Of a stretch of 64,000 nt of DNA, positions 21,743-31,497 are shown piece by piece. Location of the stretch: assembly GCA_963666345.1 (NCBI GenBank), contig OY762721.1, positions 992,001-1,056,000 on the forward strand, in the 5' to 3' direction. The DNA comes from Desulfatiglandales bacterium. Its GTDB lineage: Bacteria; Desulfobacterota; DSM-4660; Desulfatiglandales; Desulfatiglandaceae. Both the position numbers and the translations under genes were made by a program. Every line of letters starts with the position of its first letter. Positions within the stretch are counted from its first letter, which is position 1. Below the pieces are notes generated by a model. It saw only the letters and a list, made by a program, of their open reading frames with translations, was not told the origin of the DNA and searched no databases.

Positions 21743-22501
21743 TTACATTCTGAAAAGCCTGCTTATCTCCTGCGCGGCCAGCCCTGTCTCATCTATCACA
21801 GAGGCCATCTTTTGATCATCAAGGCTTGCCTTGAAACCCACGACCCATATTGCGGTTGAAAAATGGGTCTGCCCGTCTACCGGGTAAACGACCGCGCGTA
21901 CGCCCGGCAGATATTCCTCGTAATCGGTTGCATATCCAAGCTTTCTTACCTTTTTTAGTTCCTCCAGATAGAGACCGGGATCGGTGATGGTGTTTTCCGT
22001 GTAACTTCTGAGACCCCTTTTTCTTATAAGCTCCTCCACCCTCTCTTTTTCCACCCGCGACAGAAACACCTTTCCTGTCGCACCCGCTAGAAGCGGCATG
22101 GTGGTTCCTACGGGTGATGTTATCTTCACGTCCTGGCGTGATTCCACCACATCTATTATAGTTACCCGGTCCCCGTTTTTTGCTCCAAGAAAAACCGATT
22201 CTTCCACCTTTTCCATCAGATCTTCCATCACGGGTCTTGCAAGGCCTGCGAGACTTGCCCGGCTGAAGGAGGCCTTTCCAAGTTCAAAAAGTGTGAGGCC
22301 CAGGGAAAATCTCTTTGAATCGAGATTTCTTACAAGGACGCCTTCCTCCTCGAGCCCTGCCGTGATTCCAGCGACCGTGCCCTTGCTCAGATCAAGGGCC
22401 CTTGAAATGTCGCTTATTCCAAGGCCGTTTTCAGAATCGGATATGAGCCTTAATATCTGAAACGCCTTTTTTACGGTGGGTGCCTGATAGGTCTTTTTCA
22501 T
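21743..22501 (-). CDS. IclR family transcriptional regulator
   Basis: APTVKKAFQIL HTH start, AGATGKVFL, VRKLGYATDYEEYLPGVRAV. Confidence 0.93.
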   Translation of the reverse strand: MKKTYQAPTVKKAFQILRLISDSENGLGISDISRALDLSKGTVAGITAGLEEEGVLVRNLDSKRFSLGLTLFELGKASFSRASLAGLARPVMEDLMEKVEESVFLGAKNGDRVTIIDVVESRQDVKITSPVGTTMPLLAGATGKVFLSRVEKERVEELIRKRGLRSYTENTITDPGLYLEELKKVRKLGYATDYEEYLPGVRAVVYPVDGQTHFSTAIWVVGFKASLDDQKMASVIDETGLAAQEISRLFRM

Positions 22502-22612
22502 CGTTCACCATGCTATACTTACGTCATAATCTAAGCGGGTTTTTAGTTCACCGCCCACCTATCTACCTTATGTCACAACGACAATAACTACTTATTTATA
22601 TGTATTTTTCGG

Positions 22613-22672
22613 TTGACATGCCCATTTTTTTCTGTATCATAGGCATCAATATTACTGTTCATTATAATGAAC
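22613..22672 (+). promoter_or_regulatory. sigma70 promoter plus palindromic operator (probable IclR site) for the hdr-aor cluster
   Basis: TTGACA(22613)-N16-TATCAT(22635); perfect 16-bp palindrome GTTCATTATAATGAAC at 22657-22672. Confidence 0.7.
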
Positions 22673-22806
22673 TGTATTTCCTTTTGCAACAAAAAAGCGA
22701 CCACAAAACCAATCACATCAGGGGCGGCGAAGAAAAAGGTCCCGGATAAAAGGCCCTACATGATGCGCAGGCCGGACCTTTTACGAGCCGTCTAAAGAGG
22801 GCGACA

Positions 22807-25506
22807 TTGTCCACAAAGGCCGCACTTGTCATCGGCGGGGGGATAGCAGGCATTCAGGCATCGATTGATCTTGCCAACATGGGGATCAAGGTCTTTCTGC
22901 TTGAAAAGACCCCCAGCATAGGCGGGAGGATGGCCCAGCTCGACAAGACCTTTCCCACGAACGACTGCGCCATGTGCATCCTTGCACCCAAGATGATCGA
23001 GTGCGCAACTCACGAAAACATTGAGCTACTCACCTACTCGGAGCTTGTTGGTCTTACGGGTGAGGCGGGTGATTTCACGGCCACCGTGCTCAGGAAGGCC
23101 CGTTTTATCGATGAGGAAAAATGCGTGGGTTGCGGCGACTGCATAGAAGGCTGCCCCATCATCGTTTCCGACTCATTCAACGCGGGTCTTGGAGACAGAA
23201 AGGCCATATACAAATACTTTCCCCAGGCGGTTCCCTCAACATTCGCCATAGACAGGCGTGGCACCGCTCCCTGCAAGGCCGCCTGCCCTGCCCACATAAG
23301 CGTGCAGGGCTATGTCGCGCTCACGGCCCAGGGAAGGTACAGGGATGCGCTCAAGCTCATCAAAAAAGACAACCCGCTTCCCGCCATATGCGGCAGGGTG
23401 TGCCATCACCCGTGCGAATCGGTCTGCACAAGGGGGAACCTTGATGAGCCGGTTGCAATCGATTTCATAAAGCGCTTTGTGGCGGACCTTGATCTAAATT
23501 CGGAAACCCGCCATGTCCCACAGATAAAGGAACCTAGGGAGGAGCAAGTGGCCGTAATAGGCGCAGGGCCCGCAGGGCTTACCTGCGCCTATTACCTCGC
23601 CATCGAAGGTTACAGGGTCACGATCTTTGAGAAGCTCCCCGTTTCAGGAGGAATGCTCGCGGCAGGCATCCCCGAGTACCGGCTTCCCCGCAGCACAATA
23701 AACGCGGAAATAGAAGTCATAAAGGACCTGGGTGTGGAGATAAAAACGGGGGTCGAGATCGGAAAGGACGTCCAAATCCAGGAACTCAGGGAAAAGGGAT
23801 TCAAGGCCTTTTTTCTAGGCATTGGCTCACACCTCTGCCGCCTCCTCAATATCGAAGGTGAGGACCTTGAAGGCGTGACACCGGGGGTCGATTTTTTAAG
23901 GGATGTAAACCTGGGAAACAGGGTCGCCCTGGGAGATCACATCGCCGTGATCGGCGGCGGAAACGTTGCCATGGATGCCGTGCGCACGGCCAAACGCCTG
24001 GGCGCAAAAGACCCCTTTATCCTCTACAGAAGAAGCATGGAGGAGATGCCCGCAAACGAAGAGGAAATCGAGGAGTGCCTGGAGGAAGGAATTCGGATAA
24101 ACACCCTTACAAACCCTGTGCGGATTATCGGCAAACAGGGAAAGGCTACCGCGGTCGAGTGCGTAAAGATGGAGCTTGGGGAACCTGATGAAAGCGGCAG
24201 AAGGCGGCCGGCACCTATAGAGGGCTCAAACTTCACCATCCCTGTCGACGGTGTGATCCAGGCGATAGGCCAGCAGAGCGACTGGTCATGCCTCGGTCCT
24301 GAGTGCGCGTGCACGCTCAGCGAGCGGGGCACCATGAATGTTGATCCAGTGACCCTTCAAAGTGAAGACCCGGACATATTTGCGGGAGGGGATGCGGTAA
24401 CGGGACCCAGGACCGTAATAGAGGCGATCGCCGCCGGAAAGGATGCGGCAGTCTCCATCGACCGTTTCTTAAAGGGTACCGACTTGAGTGAAGGCCGGAT
24501 AAAACAGTGGAGCCCTGTCGAGGATATCGATCTTGAGGGATATGCAAAATCCCCCCGCCGGATAATGCCGAGGCTTTCTCCCCGGAAAAGGATAAAAAAC
24601 TTCAAGGAGGTGCAGCTCGGTTTTACCGAAGAGCAGGCACAGGAGGAGGCAAGGCGCTGCGTTTCCTGCGGAATATGCTCCGAGTGCTACTCCTGTATCA
24701 CGGCATGTAACGCCGGGGCCGTTGATTTTTCGCAGAAGGACCGTGAAATAGAGCTCAAGGTGGGATCGGTCGTGATGGCCACAGGCTTTGACCTCTATGA
24801 TGTGGCCCCACTTAAGGAGTACGGCTGGGGCACATACAGAAACGTCCTGACCGCCATGCAATTCGAAAGGATGATCTGCGCCTCAGGCCCCACGGGAGGC
24901 CACATAAAAAGACCCTCCGACGGTAAGGAGCCCAAGAGGCTTGCCTTTATCCAGTGCGTGGGCTCAAGGGACATAAGGCACAAAAACTACTGCTCTGCCG
25001 TCTGCTGCATGCACGCGACAAAAGAGGCGATCCTGGCCCATGAGCACTGCCCGGATCTTGAATCCACCATCTTTTACATGGACATGAGGGCGGTCGGCAA
25101 AGGCTTTCAGGAGTACGTTACAAGGGCAAAGGAGCAGTACGAAGTCAAATACATAAGGGCAAGGCCGGGCAAGGTAACAATCATTGAGCAGACCGAAAAT
25201 CCGGTCATCCACTATGACGACACGGTAAACAGGCAGTTAATAAAAGAGGAGTTCGACATGGTGATCCTTGCCCAGGCGCTCATCCCCTCGGAGAGTAACG
25301 CGGATATCGCTCAAAGTATGGGGGTCGAGCTTGACGATTCAGGTTTTGTCGCGACTCCGCAAAAGATCATCAACCCCTTCGGGACAAGCAGGGAGGGCAT
25401 CCTGGGGTGCGGGTTCTGCCAGTCGCCCATGGATGTGCCCGATTCCGTGGTAAGGGCGTCAGCCGCGGCATCAAAGGCGGCGGAGGTCCTCGCGGGCATC
25501 AAGTAG
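22807..25506 (+). CDS. HdrL-like flavoprotein: HdrA FAD domain with inserted GltD-type NAD(P)H oxidoreductase module
   Basis: VIGGGIAG, GGRMAQLDKTFPTNDC, APCKAACP/ICGRVCHHPCE, VIGAGPAG, VIGGGNVAMD, FIQCVGSRD..YCSAVCC; lacks the N-terminal CHCG domain. Confidence 0.88.
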   Translation: MSTKAALVIGGGIAGIQASIDLANMGIKVFLLEKTPSIGGRMAQLDKTFPTNDCAMCILAPKMIECATHENIELLTYSELVGLTGEAGDFTATVLRKARFIDEEKCVGCGDCIEGCPIIVSDSFNAGLGDRKAIYKYFPQAVPSTFAIDRRGTAPCKAACPAHISVQGYVALTAQGRYRDALKLIKKDNPLPAICGRVCHHPCESVCTRGNLDEPVAIDFIKRFVADLDLNSETRHVPQIKEPREEQVAVIGAGPAGLTCAYYLAIEGYRVTIFEKLPVSGGMLAAGIPEYRLPRSTINAEIEVIKDLGVEIKTGVEIGKDVQIQELREKGFKAFFLGIGSHLCRLLNIEGEDLEGVTPGVDFLRDVNLGNRVALGDHIAVIGGGNVAMDAVRTAKRLGAKDPFILYRRSMEEMPANEEEIEECLEEGIRINTLTNPVRIIGKQGKATAVECVKMELGEPDESGRRRPAPIEGSNFTIPVDGVIQAIGQQSDWSCLGPECACTLSERGTMNVDPVTLQSEDPDIFAGGDAVTGPRTVIEAIAAGKDAAVSIDRFLKGTDLSEGRIKQWSPVEDIDLEGYAKSPRRIMPRLSPRKRIKNFKEVQLGFTEEQAQEEARRCVSCGICSECYSCITACNAGAVDFSQKDREIELKVGSVVMATGFDLYDVAPLKEYGWGTYRNVLTAMQFERMICASGPTGGHIKRPSDGKEPKRLAFIQCVGSRDIRHKNYCSAVCCMHATKEAILAHEHCPDLESTIFYMDMRAVGKGFQEYVTRAKEQYEVKYIRARPGKVTIIEQTENPVIHYDDTVNRQLIKEEFDMVILAQALIPSESNADIAQSMGVELDDSGFVATPQKIINPFGTSREGILGCGFCQSPMDVPDSVVRASAAASKAAEVLAGIK

Positions 25507-25520
25507 AGGGAAGCTTAATC

Positions 25521-27224
25521 ATGGCCATACGGATAGGCGTATTTGTCTGCCACTGCGGCACCAACATAGGGGGCACGGTAAACGTGCCCGATGTGGTGGA
25601 ATACGCCCGCACCATCCCCAACGTGGCATGGGCCGAGGGGAACCTCTACACCTGCTCCGAAGACGGCCTTTCCTCCATAAGGCAGCAGATAAGGGAAAAG
25701 GATCTTAACCGGGTGGTGGTCGCCTCATGCACCCCGCGAACCCATGAACCCCTTTTCAGGGGAAACTGCGAGGCGGGAGGGCTCAACAAGTACCTGTTCG
25801 AGTTCGTAAACTTAAGGGAGCACTGCTCCTGGGTCCACATGGGGAAAAAGGAAGATGCCACAGAAAAGGCAAAAGACCTTGTGCGCATGGGTGTCGCCAA
25901 GGTGGCCCTTTTAAGCCCGCTTGAGGATATCTCATCCGATGTGATCCCGGCGGTCCTTGTGCTCGGAGGCGGTATCACCGGTCTTTCATCCGCCATCACA
26001 CTGGCCAACCAGGGCTACCGCGTGGAACTCGTGGATAAGGCGGAAAGGCTCGGAGGCCTTTTAAGGGATGTAAACAGGATATTTCCGACCGATGATCCGA
26101 CATCAATGCTCCTTGACCCGCTTATAGAATCAGCCGTGAATCATGAAAACATCAACCTCCACCTTGAAACGGAACTTTCGGATGTAAAGGGCTTTATAGG
26201 AAACTTTGAGGTCGGGCTTAAAAAAAAGGGAACGGAAAAAGAGGCAAAGGTCGGGACCATAATCATCGCGACAGGGGCTCAGGAGCTCACCCCCACCGGC
26301 ATGTTTGGATATGACGAATTCGCAAACGTCATGCCCCAGCTTGAGTTTGAAAAAATGTCCAGGCACGGCCTTGAAGGAACCGGGCATGTAGTGATGATTA
26401 ACTGCGTGGGCGCGCGCATTGAGGAGAGAAGCTACTGCGGGAGGTTCTGCTGCATTACGGGGATGAAAAACGCAATGCTGATAAAGGATAAAACCGGGGC
26501 CGAGGTCACCATACTTCAAAGGGACATAATGGCCTGCGGAAAGACCTTTGAAGAATATTACCGGAAGGCGCTCAAGGCGGGCATAAGGTTTCTGAGATAC
26601 AGCCCTGACAGACCGCCGAAGGTAAAGGGCGCAAAAGGCAGGGCGTCTTCGGTTCATGTCTATCACGAGCTCATGGGAAAAGACATGGAACTTCCCGTGG
26701 ACCTTGTGGTCCTTACCACACCCCTTGTACCGAGAAAGGAAAACCTGCAGTTATCGCGCATGCTCAAGGTCCCTGTGGGAGGTGAAGGCTTTTTCCTTGA
26801 GGCCCACCAGAAGCTGAGGCCAGTCGAGTTTCCCACGGACGGAATCTATCTTGCCGGATGCGCGAGATACCCCGCCGAGATCGCCGAGTGCGTCGCCCAG
26901 GGCTACGCGGCCGCCGCAAAGGCCGCGGCCCCCATGTCAAAGGGGGTCGTGATAAGTGACGCCTTCACCTCCGAGATAACGCCTCAGCTCTGCTCTGCCT
27001 GCGGAAGGTGCATAGAGCTGTGCCCGTTCAAGGCGGTGGACTGGGCCGAGGCAAAAACCGCGGCGGGAGTAACGCGGAAGGTGGCCGTGATAAATCAGAC
27101 CGAGTGCAAGGGCTGCGGGCTCTGTGTTTCCTCCTGCTTAAGCGGGGCCATACAGCTCAAGGGTTTTACCGACCGGGAGATCCTGGCCATGGTGGACAAC
27201 GTCATGAATCTGAGCATGGGCTGA
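25521..27224 (+). CDS. hdrA: heterodisulfide reductase subunit A-like protein
   Basis: RIGVFVCHCGTNI, VVASCTPRTHE, NLREHCSWVH, VLGGGITG, EAHQKLRPV, C-terminal 2x[4Fe-4S]; no fused MvhD. Confidence 0.9.
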   Translation: MAIRIGVFVCHCGTNIGGTVNVPDVVEYARTIPNVAWAEGNLYTCSEDGLSSIRQQIREKDLNRVVVASCTPRTHEPLFRGNCEAGGLNKYLFEFVNLREHCSWVHMGKKEDATEKAKDLVRMGVAKVALLSPLEDISSDVIPAVLVLGGGITGLSSAITLANQGYRVELVDKAERLGGLLRDVNRIFPTDDPTSMLLDPLIESAVNHENINLHLETELSDVKGFIGNFEVGLKKKGTEKEAKVGTIIIATGAQELTPTGMFGYDEFANVMPQLEFEKMSRHGLEGTGHVVMINCVGARIEERSYCGRFCCITGMKNAMLIKDKTGAEVTILQRDIMACGKTFEEYYRKALKAGIRFLRYSPDRPPKVKGAKGRASSVHVYHELMGKDMELPVDLVVLTTPLVPRKENLQLSRMLKVPVGGEGFFLEAHQKLRPVEFPTDGIYLAGCARYPAEIAECVAQGYAAAAKAAAPMSKGVVISDAFTSEITPQLCSACGRCIELCPFKAVDWAEAKTAAGVTRKVAVINQTECKGCGLCVSSCLSGAIQLKGFTDREILAMVDNVMNLSMG

Positions 27225-27259
27225 TAAGACCTTGTATCGAAGAACCGGGTTGTGGCTTT

Positions 27260-27390
27260 ATCCCCCTCCCCTTTATACCCTCCCGCCGGGGGAGGGTAAT
27301 AAAAGTGGTCCCCCACAATGGGGAGGGGAATAAAAGTTGCCGTCCCGGCGGGAGACGAGGATATAAACTCTTCTCCTGCCGGGGAGAAAA
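27260..27390. repeat. cluster of short GC-rich palindromes (REP/BIME-like)
   Basis: Four hairpins (ccctcccgccggggaggg, ccccacaatgggg, cgtcccggcgggagacg, ttctcctgccggggagaa) separated by aataaaagt-like spacers. Confidence 0.6.
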
Positions 27391-27448
27391 GCAGGAAGCA
27401 AGATAAGGATTCTTTTTGATCCGCTTGAGGTAATCATCAGACTTAACC

Positions 27449-27973
27449 ATGGAAAAGCTCGAAAAAACAGACAGGCCGGATAAAAACGCCATATCAGAGG
27501 AACTCAAGGGGATAGTAGAAAGGCGGGGCCTGCACCTCTGTCTTGAGTGCGGCAAGTGCTCGGCCGTCTGCCCCATGCTCGATTTCTACGGAGAGTACAA
27601 CTACGAGCGCTCGCCAAGGGGAGTGGTGGAACGGATCCTGTTTGATCCTGAAGTCTTCAGCGGGGAGGCCCTTTGGTACTGTCTCACATGCAGGGAGTGC
27701 ACGGCACTGTGTCCGTCCGGGATAGACTTTCAGGACTTCATGATGGAGCTGAGGCAGCTCCTCATAAGGCACGGGCACACGGAGCACGCCTTATTCTGCG
27801 ATATCTGCGGCGCGTACATAATGCCAAAAAGGGAACTGGAACAGCTTGAGAAAATGCCTGAAGGTAAAAACACTGGGGAACTTATCAGGGTCTGCGAGAA
27901 ATGCAAGAAGGACAGACACGCAAGGCTGCTTCGCAGGGTGGCGCATGCGTCCAAGAGCAAAGGCGAACTTTAA
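27449..27973 (+). CDS. HdrC-like 2x[4Fe-4S] protein with extra C-terminal CxxC..CxxC
   Basis: CLECGKCSAVCP, LWYCLTCRECTALCPSG, CDIC...CEKC. Confidence 0.8.
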   Translation: MEKLEKTDRPDKNAISEELKGIVERRGLHLCLECGKCSAVCPMLDFYGEYNYERSPRGVVERILFDPEVFSGEALWYCLTCRECTALCPSGIDFQDFMMELRQLLIRHGHTEHALFCDICGAYIMPKRELEQLEKMPEGKNTGELIRVCEKCKKDRHARLLRRVAHASKSKGEL

Positions 27974-28127
27974 GAGGTCATATGAAAAATTGTATTACGG
28001 ACACCTGTGTGTCCAAGTCGGGAATGAGAAATTATGTCCAGGATCAGCGAGTTCAAACGATTGTGCAGATTGACGAAGATATTGGGCAAAATGGCCGTTT
28101 CCGAATAGCTACAACAAGGAGGATCTC

Positions 28128-28400
28128 ATGGTAATTGAAAAGGACAAGGCTTCAGCCGCCGAAACACTTCGAAAGACAAGAACTTACGGCAAGTTCAGGT
28201 GCCACAACCCGAGCTGCATGGGAAGACTTCAGCCCACGGCGGGCGCGGAACAGGTCAAATGCCCCATATGCGGCATGGAATTCCGGGTCCACTGGATAAA
28301 GCCCGATTTTCCCAGGATAAGGGGGCCGGTATGGGAGACGAACAAAAAACTTGCCGAGGCAGCCCTGGCCAAACTGGAAAAGGAGTCATCTTCTGAATAA
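28128..28400 (+). CDS. small zinc-ribbon-like protein
   Basis: AAGGAGG RBS; CHNPSC...CPICG. Confidence 0.75.
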   Translation: MVIEKDKASAAETLRKTRTYGKFRCHNPSCMGRLQPTAGAEQVKCPICGMEFRVHWIKPDFPRIRGPVWETNKKLAEAALAKLEKESSSE

Positions 28401-28512
28401 GGATTCTCCATCACGGCTCAATAATGAGTTTTTATTTATTTGAGCAGATGCGAATCCACAGGGTTTGAGAGACCGGACACAGGGAATAAAGGCAAAATTC
28501 TCAAATAATCGC

Positions 28513-28568
28513 CTGAATCCTAGACCCCTTGAATCCTTGGCCCCTTGGCTCTTTAAACCCTTGCCCCC
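28513..28568. repeat. degenerate 8-bp tandem repeat x7 (TTGRNCCC-like)
   Basis: ctgaatcc tagacccc ttgaatcc ttggcccc ttggctct ttaaaccc ttgccccc. Confidence 0.75.
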
Positions 28569-28617
28569 TCTTCTTCAACCCAGTTGAAGAAGAACCCAAC
28601 AAAAGGAGGTAAATGAT

Positions 28618-30558
28618 ATGGCCTTAAACAGAAAGATCGCCTATATCGATCTTACCACAGGTAAGATCGAAACCCGACCGATACCGCTTGAAGTGAGAAA
28701 AAAATTCCTCGGAGGAAGGGGCCTTGATGCCTACCTCCTCTACAATCATACCAAAAAGGGGTGCGACCCCTTAGGTCCCGACAACACACTCCTTGTAAGC
28801 GGAGGGATACTTACCGCAACCTGCGCCTCGGCAACGGCAAGAACCCATGTCATGGCCAAGAGTCCTCTTACCGGGCTGCTCGGAAGCGCCAACATGGGGG
28901 GATTTTTCGCACCCGAGCTGGCATGGGCGGGTTTTCATCATCTGGTCATAAAAGGTAAGGCCGAAAAGCCCGTATACCTGTTCATTCATGACGGTGAGAT
29001 AGAGATAAGGGACGCGGCGGCTCTTATGGGCAAAACCACGACCGAGACCCAGTGGGCGATAAGGAAGGAGCTGGGAGACGAGGACATAAAGAGCATGGTG
29101 ATAGGGCCTGCCGGAGAAAACCTTGTGCGATTTGCGAACGTCATGACGGGCATAAAGAACTCCGGGGGAAGGACCGGCATGGGTGCCGTGATGGGTTCAA
29201 AGAACCTCAAGGCCGTATCGGTCCGCGGCACCATGGATATAAAAATCGCGCACCCGGTGGACGCGCTGGAATTCAACAAGAAATTCATAGACCAGATAAC
29301 GAGCGCCAAGGTCAATCAGACCCAGGGCACACTCGGGACCCCCTTTATCTGGGGTGCCACCAACTCCTGGGGCGGGATAAGGACAAGGAACTTTCAATAC
29401 AATCAGTGCGAATATGCAGACGACATAGAGCCTGAGAGGATAGACGAGATCTGCGAAGAAACCATGGGGCCCTATCACATGACAGGCTGCTTCGGCTGTC
29501 AGGTCCACTGCAGGGCCCAGTACAAGATCCCCTCGGGACCGTACGCGGGAAAATATGACGAAGGCCCCGAATACACCTCCCAGGGGGCCTTCGGCGGGGA
29601 GCCAGACTGCAAAAGCGCGGTTACCGTGCTTACCGGTAACCACCTGGTGGACCAGTTCGGCATGGACAACCTGGAAACGGGCAGCATCATATCGTGGGCC
29701 ATGGAACTCTACGAGCTGGGGATACTCACGAGCAAGGAGACCGACGGCCTGGATCTCAAGTTCGGAAACGACGAGGCCCTGCTCGAGATGGTGGAACGCA
29801 TCTGCTACAGAAAGGGCTGGCTCGGCGACACCCTGGCCGACGGGGGCATCCCGGCCTCGGAGAAGATAGGTAAAAAATCCTTTGATTACCTCATACAGGT
29901 AAAGGGTATGAGCAATCTCCACTCCGATGAAAGGGGCACCCCGGCCCTGGCGCTCAATATCGCCACCTCATCCAGGGGATCGGATCACTTGAGGAGCAGG
30001 CCCGCCATCGATCTCTATCACCTGCCGGAGGAGGTCTTAAGAAAGATCTACGGAAACCCCGTTCCCTATGACGGCCCGCTCAGCAGCGAGCATACCTCAT
30101 ACGAAGGAAAGGCCTGGGAGGTATTCTGGCAGGAAAACTGCTACATGGGGGTCGACTGCCTCGGCATATGCAAGTACCACACAACGTTTCTGGGCGCCAC
30201 ACTTCCGAACTTCGAGGACTGGTCAAAGGTGATCTATTACAACACCGGCCTTGAGATGACGCCCAGGGAGATATGGGATGTGGCTGAAAGGTGCAACAAC
30301 CTGGAAAGGCTCTTCAACCTGAGAGAAGGACTCACCAGGGACGACCTCAAAAAGGGAGACACCCTCAACCACAGGTATTTTGACGAGCCGTGCAGAAGGG
30401 GTGCCCCGGATGTGATAGGCGCCCACATAGACAGGGAAAAATTCACCAGGATGGTGGACGAGTTCTACGAGCACCACGGCTGGGATGAAAACGGCGTGCC
30501 CACCGCCGGGACATTAGAAAGGATGGGGCTTGAAAAAGAGCCCTCCCATCTGATTTAA
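28618..30558 (+). CDS. aldehyde:ferredoxin oxidoreductase family (tungstopterin) protein
   Basis: FLGGRG, KSPLTG, IGPAGENLVRFA, GRTGMGAVMGSKNLKA, CFGCQVHC, EGPEY, DCLGIC, GWDENGVP. Confidence 0.93.
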   Translation: MALNRKIAYIDLTTGKIETRPIPLEVRKKFLGGRGLDAYLLYNHTKKGCDPLGPDNTLLVSGGILTATCASATARTHVMAKSPLTGLLGSANMGGFFAPELAWAGFHHLVIKGKAEKPVYLFIHDGEIEIRDAAALMGKTTTETQWAIRKELGDEDIKSMVIGPAGENLVRFANVMTGIKNSGGRTGMGAVMGSKNLKAVSVRGTMDIKIAHPVDALEFNKKFIDQITSAKVNQTQGTLGTPFIWGATNSWGGIRTRNFQYNQCEYADDIEPERIDEICEETMGPYHMTGCFGCQVHCRAQYKIPSGPYAGKYDEGPEYTSQGAFGGEPDCKSAVTVLTGNHLVDQFGMDNLETGSIISWAMELYELGILTSKETDGLDLKFGNDEALLEMVERICYRKGWLGDTLADGGIPASEKIGKKSFDYLIQVKGMSNLHSDERGTPALALNIATSSRGSDHLRSRPAIDLYHLPEEVLRKIYGNPVPYDGPLSSEHTSYEGKAWEVFWQENCYMGVDCLGICKYHTTFLGATLPNFEDWSKVIYYNTGLEMTPREIWDVAERCNNLERLFNLREGLTRDDLKKGDTLNHRYFDEPCRRGAPDVIGAHIDREKFTRMVDEFYEHHGWDENGVPTAGTLERMGLEKEPSHLI

Positions 30559-30580
30559 ACAGGCTTCAAGGAGACAGAAC

Positions 30581-31081
30581 ATGGAAAAGATCCTGATGAT
30601 AAATTATGAAAAATGCACCGGCTGCCGTCTCTGCGAACTGGTCTGCTCGGTGATGCATGACGGCATATCAAATCCCGCCAGAAGCAGGATAAAGGTTATG
30701 AAATGGGAGCAGGAGGGCCTCTACATCCCCATGACATGCCAGCAGTGCGAAGACGCCCCCTGCATGAATGTGTGTCCTGTCAAGGCGATAAGCCGCGACG
30801 GGGATCTGGGATTCGTGATGGTGGACTATGACGTGTGCATAGGCTGCCGCACCTGCGTTGCCGTGTGCCCCTTCGGGGCCATGAACTACAACAGGACAGA
30901 CAAGAAGGTCTTCAAATGCGACCTGTGCGGAGGGGACCCTCAGTGCGTGAGGTTCTGCGAGGTAAAGGCCATAGAATATGTAAAGGCTGACGACATCAGC
31001 ATATACAAAAAAAAGGGCGCGGCCGAAAGGCTTCACGCCGCCCAGAAGACCGCGTCGGCACTTCAGACGGCAGCTGCATAG
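30581..31081 (+). CDS. 4x[4Fe-4S] DmsB-like electron-transfer subunit
   Basis: CTGCRLCELVC, CQQCEDAPCMNVCP, CIGCRTCVAVCP, KCDLC..PQCVRFC. Confidence 0.92.
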   Translation: MEKILMINYEKCTGCRLCELVCSVMHDGISNPARSRIKVMKWEQEGLYIPMTCQQCEDAPCMNVCPVKAISRDGDLGFVMVDYDVCIGCRTCVAVCPFGAMNYNRTDKKVFKCDLCGGDPQCVRFCEVKAIEYVKADDISIYKKKGAAERLHAAQKTASALQTAAA

Positions 31082-31094
31082 GCAGGGCTTATAA

Positions 31095-31217
31095 TGCCTG
31101 AAGTGAGCTAAAGCGACTCCACAATTTCAGGCACCTTTAACTTTAGTCACTTTCAACTCTAGGCACTTTAGTCACTTTTAACTCTAGGCACTTTAGTCAC
31201 TTTCAACTTTAGGCACT
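31095..31217. repeat. 3 x 25-bp tandem repeat with an upstream inverted partner
   Basis: ctttagtcactttyaactytaggca at 31141, 31166, 31191; tgcctgaagtgagctaaag (31095) is a degenerate reverse complement; lies between convergent genes. Confidence 0.85.
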
Positions 31218-31224
31218 CATGTCC

Positions 31225-31497
31225 CTATCCCCCTGCGATCATGAGGGTCAGATGTATCTCATCGCCCTCTTTTACCGCCTTGCTCAGTTCGTCCGGATAG
31301 GCGCTTTCAAGGTTGAGATATACCTCTATCACCTTCTTGAGGCCCCCCTTGTCGTCAAAAAGGGCCTTTTTAAGCCCTGGATAAAGGCAGACAAGATACT
31401 GGAGGCACTGGCCGACAGTGCCTCCTTCCGCATATACATCCTTTTTCCCATCCGTATGCTGCCTGTGTGTCTTGTGGATATGGACCTTGACACTCAC
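31225..31497 (-). CDS. MoaD/ThiS family sulfur carrier
   Basis: Beta-grasp size, VKEGDEI, C-terminal IAGG. Confidence 0.9.
   Translation of the reverse strand: MSVKVHIHKTHRQHTDGKKDVYAEGGTVGQCLQYLVCLYPGLKKALFDDKGGLKKVIEVYLNLESAYPDELSKAVKEGDEIHLTLMIAGG

Noticed and set aside
21640..21760. Intact tRNA (including tRNA-Pyl/Sec) suggested by ...CCCCCGCCA
   Set aside because: No T-arm, anticodon arm or matching 5' acceptor strand.
28618..30558. Naming the AOR-family gene bamB
   Set aside because: Family motifs are present but the sequence does not look like BamB as I recall it, and BamD/BamF-like genes are absent; needs a tree.
22807..31081. Selenocysteine readthrough or hidden mvhD in the hdr-aor cluster
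   Set aside because: ORFs end at expected lengths, and the intergenic gaps hold repeats rather than MvhD-like coding sequence.
31141..31215. CRISPR array
   Set aside because: 25-bp units are contiguous with no spacers, and there are no cas genes.
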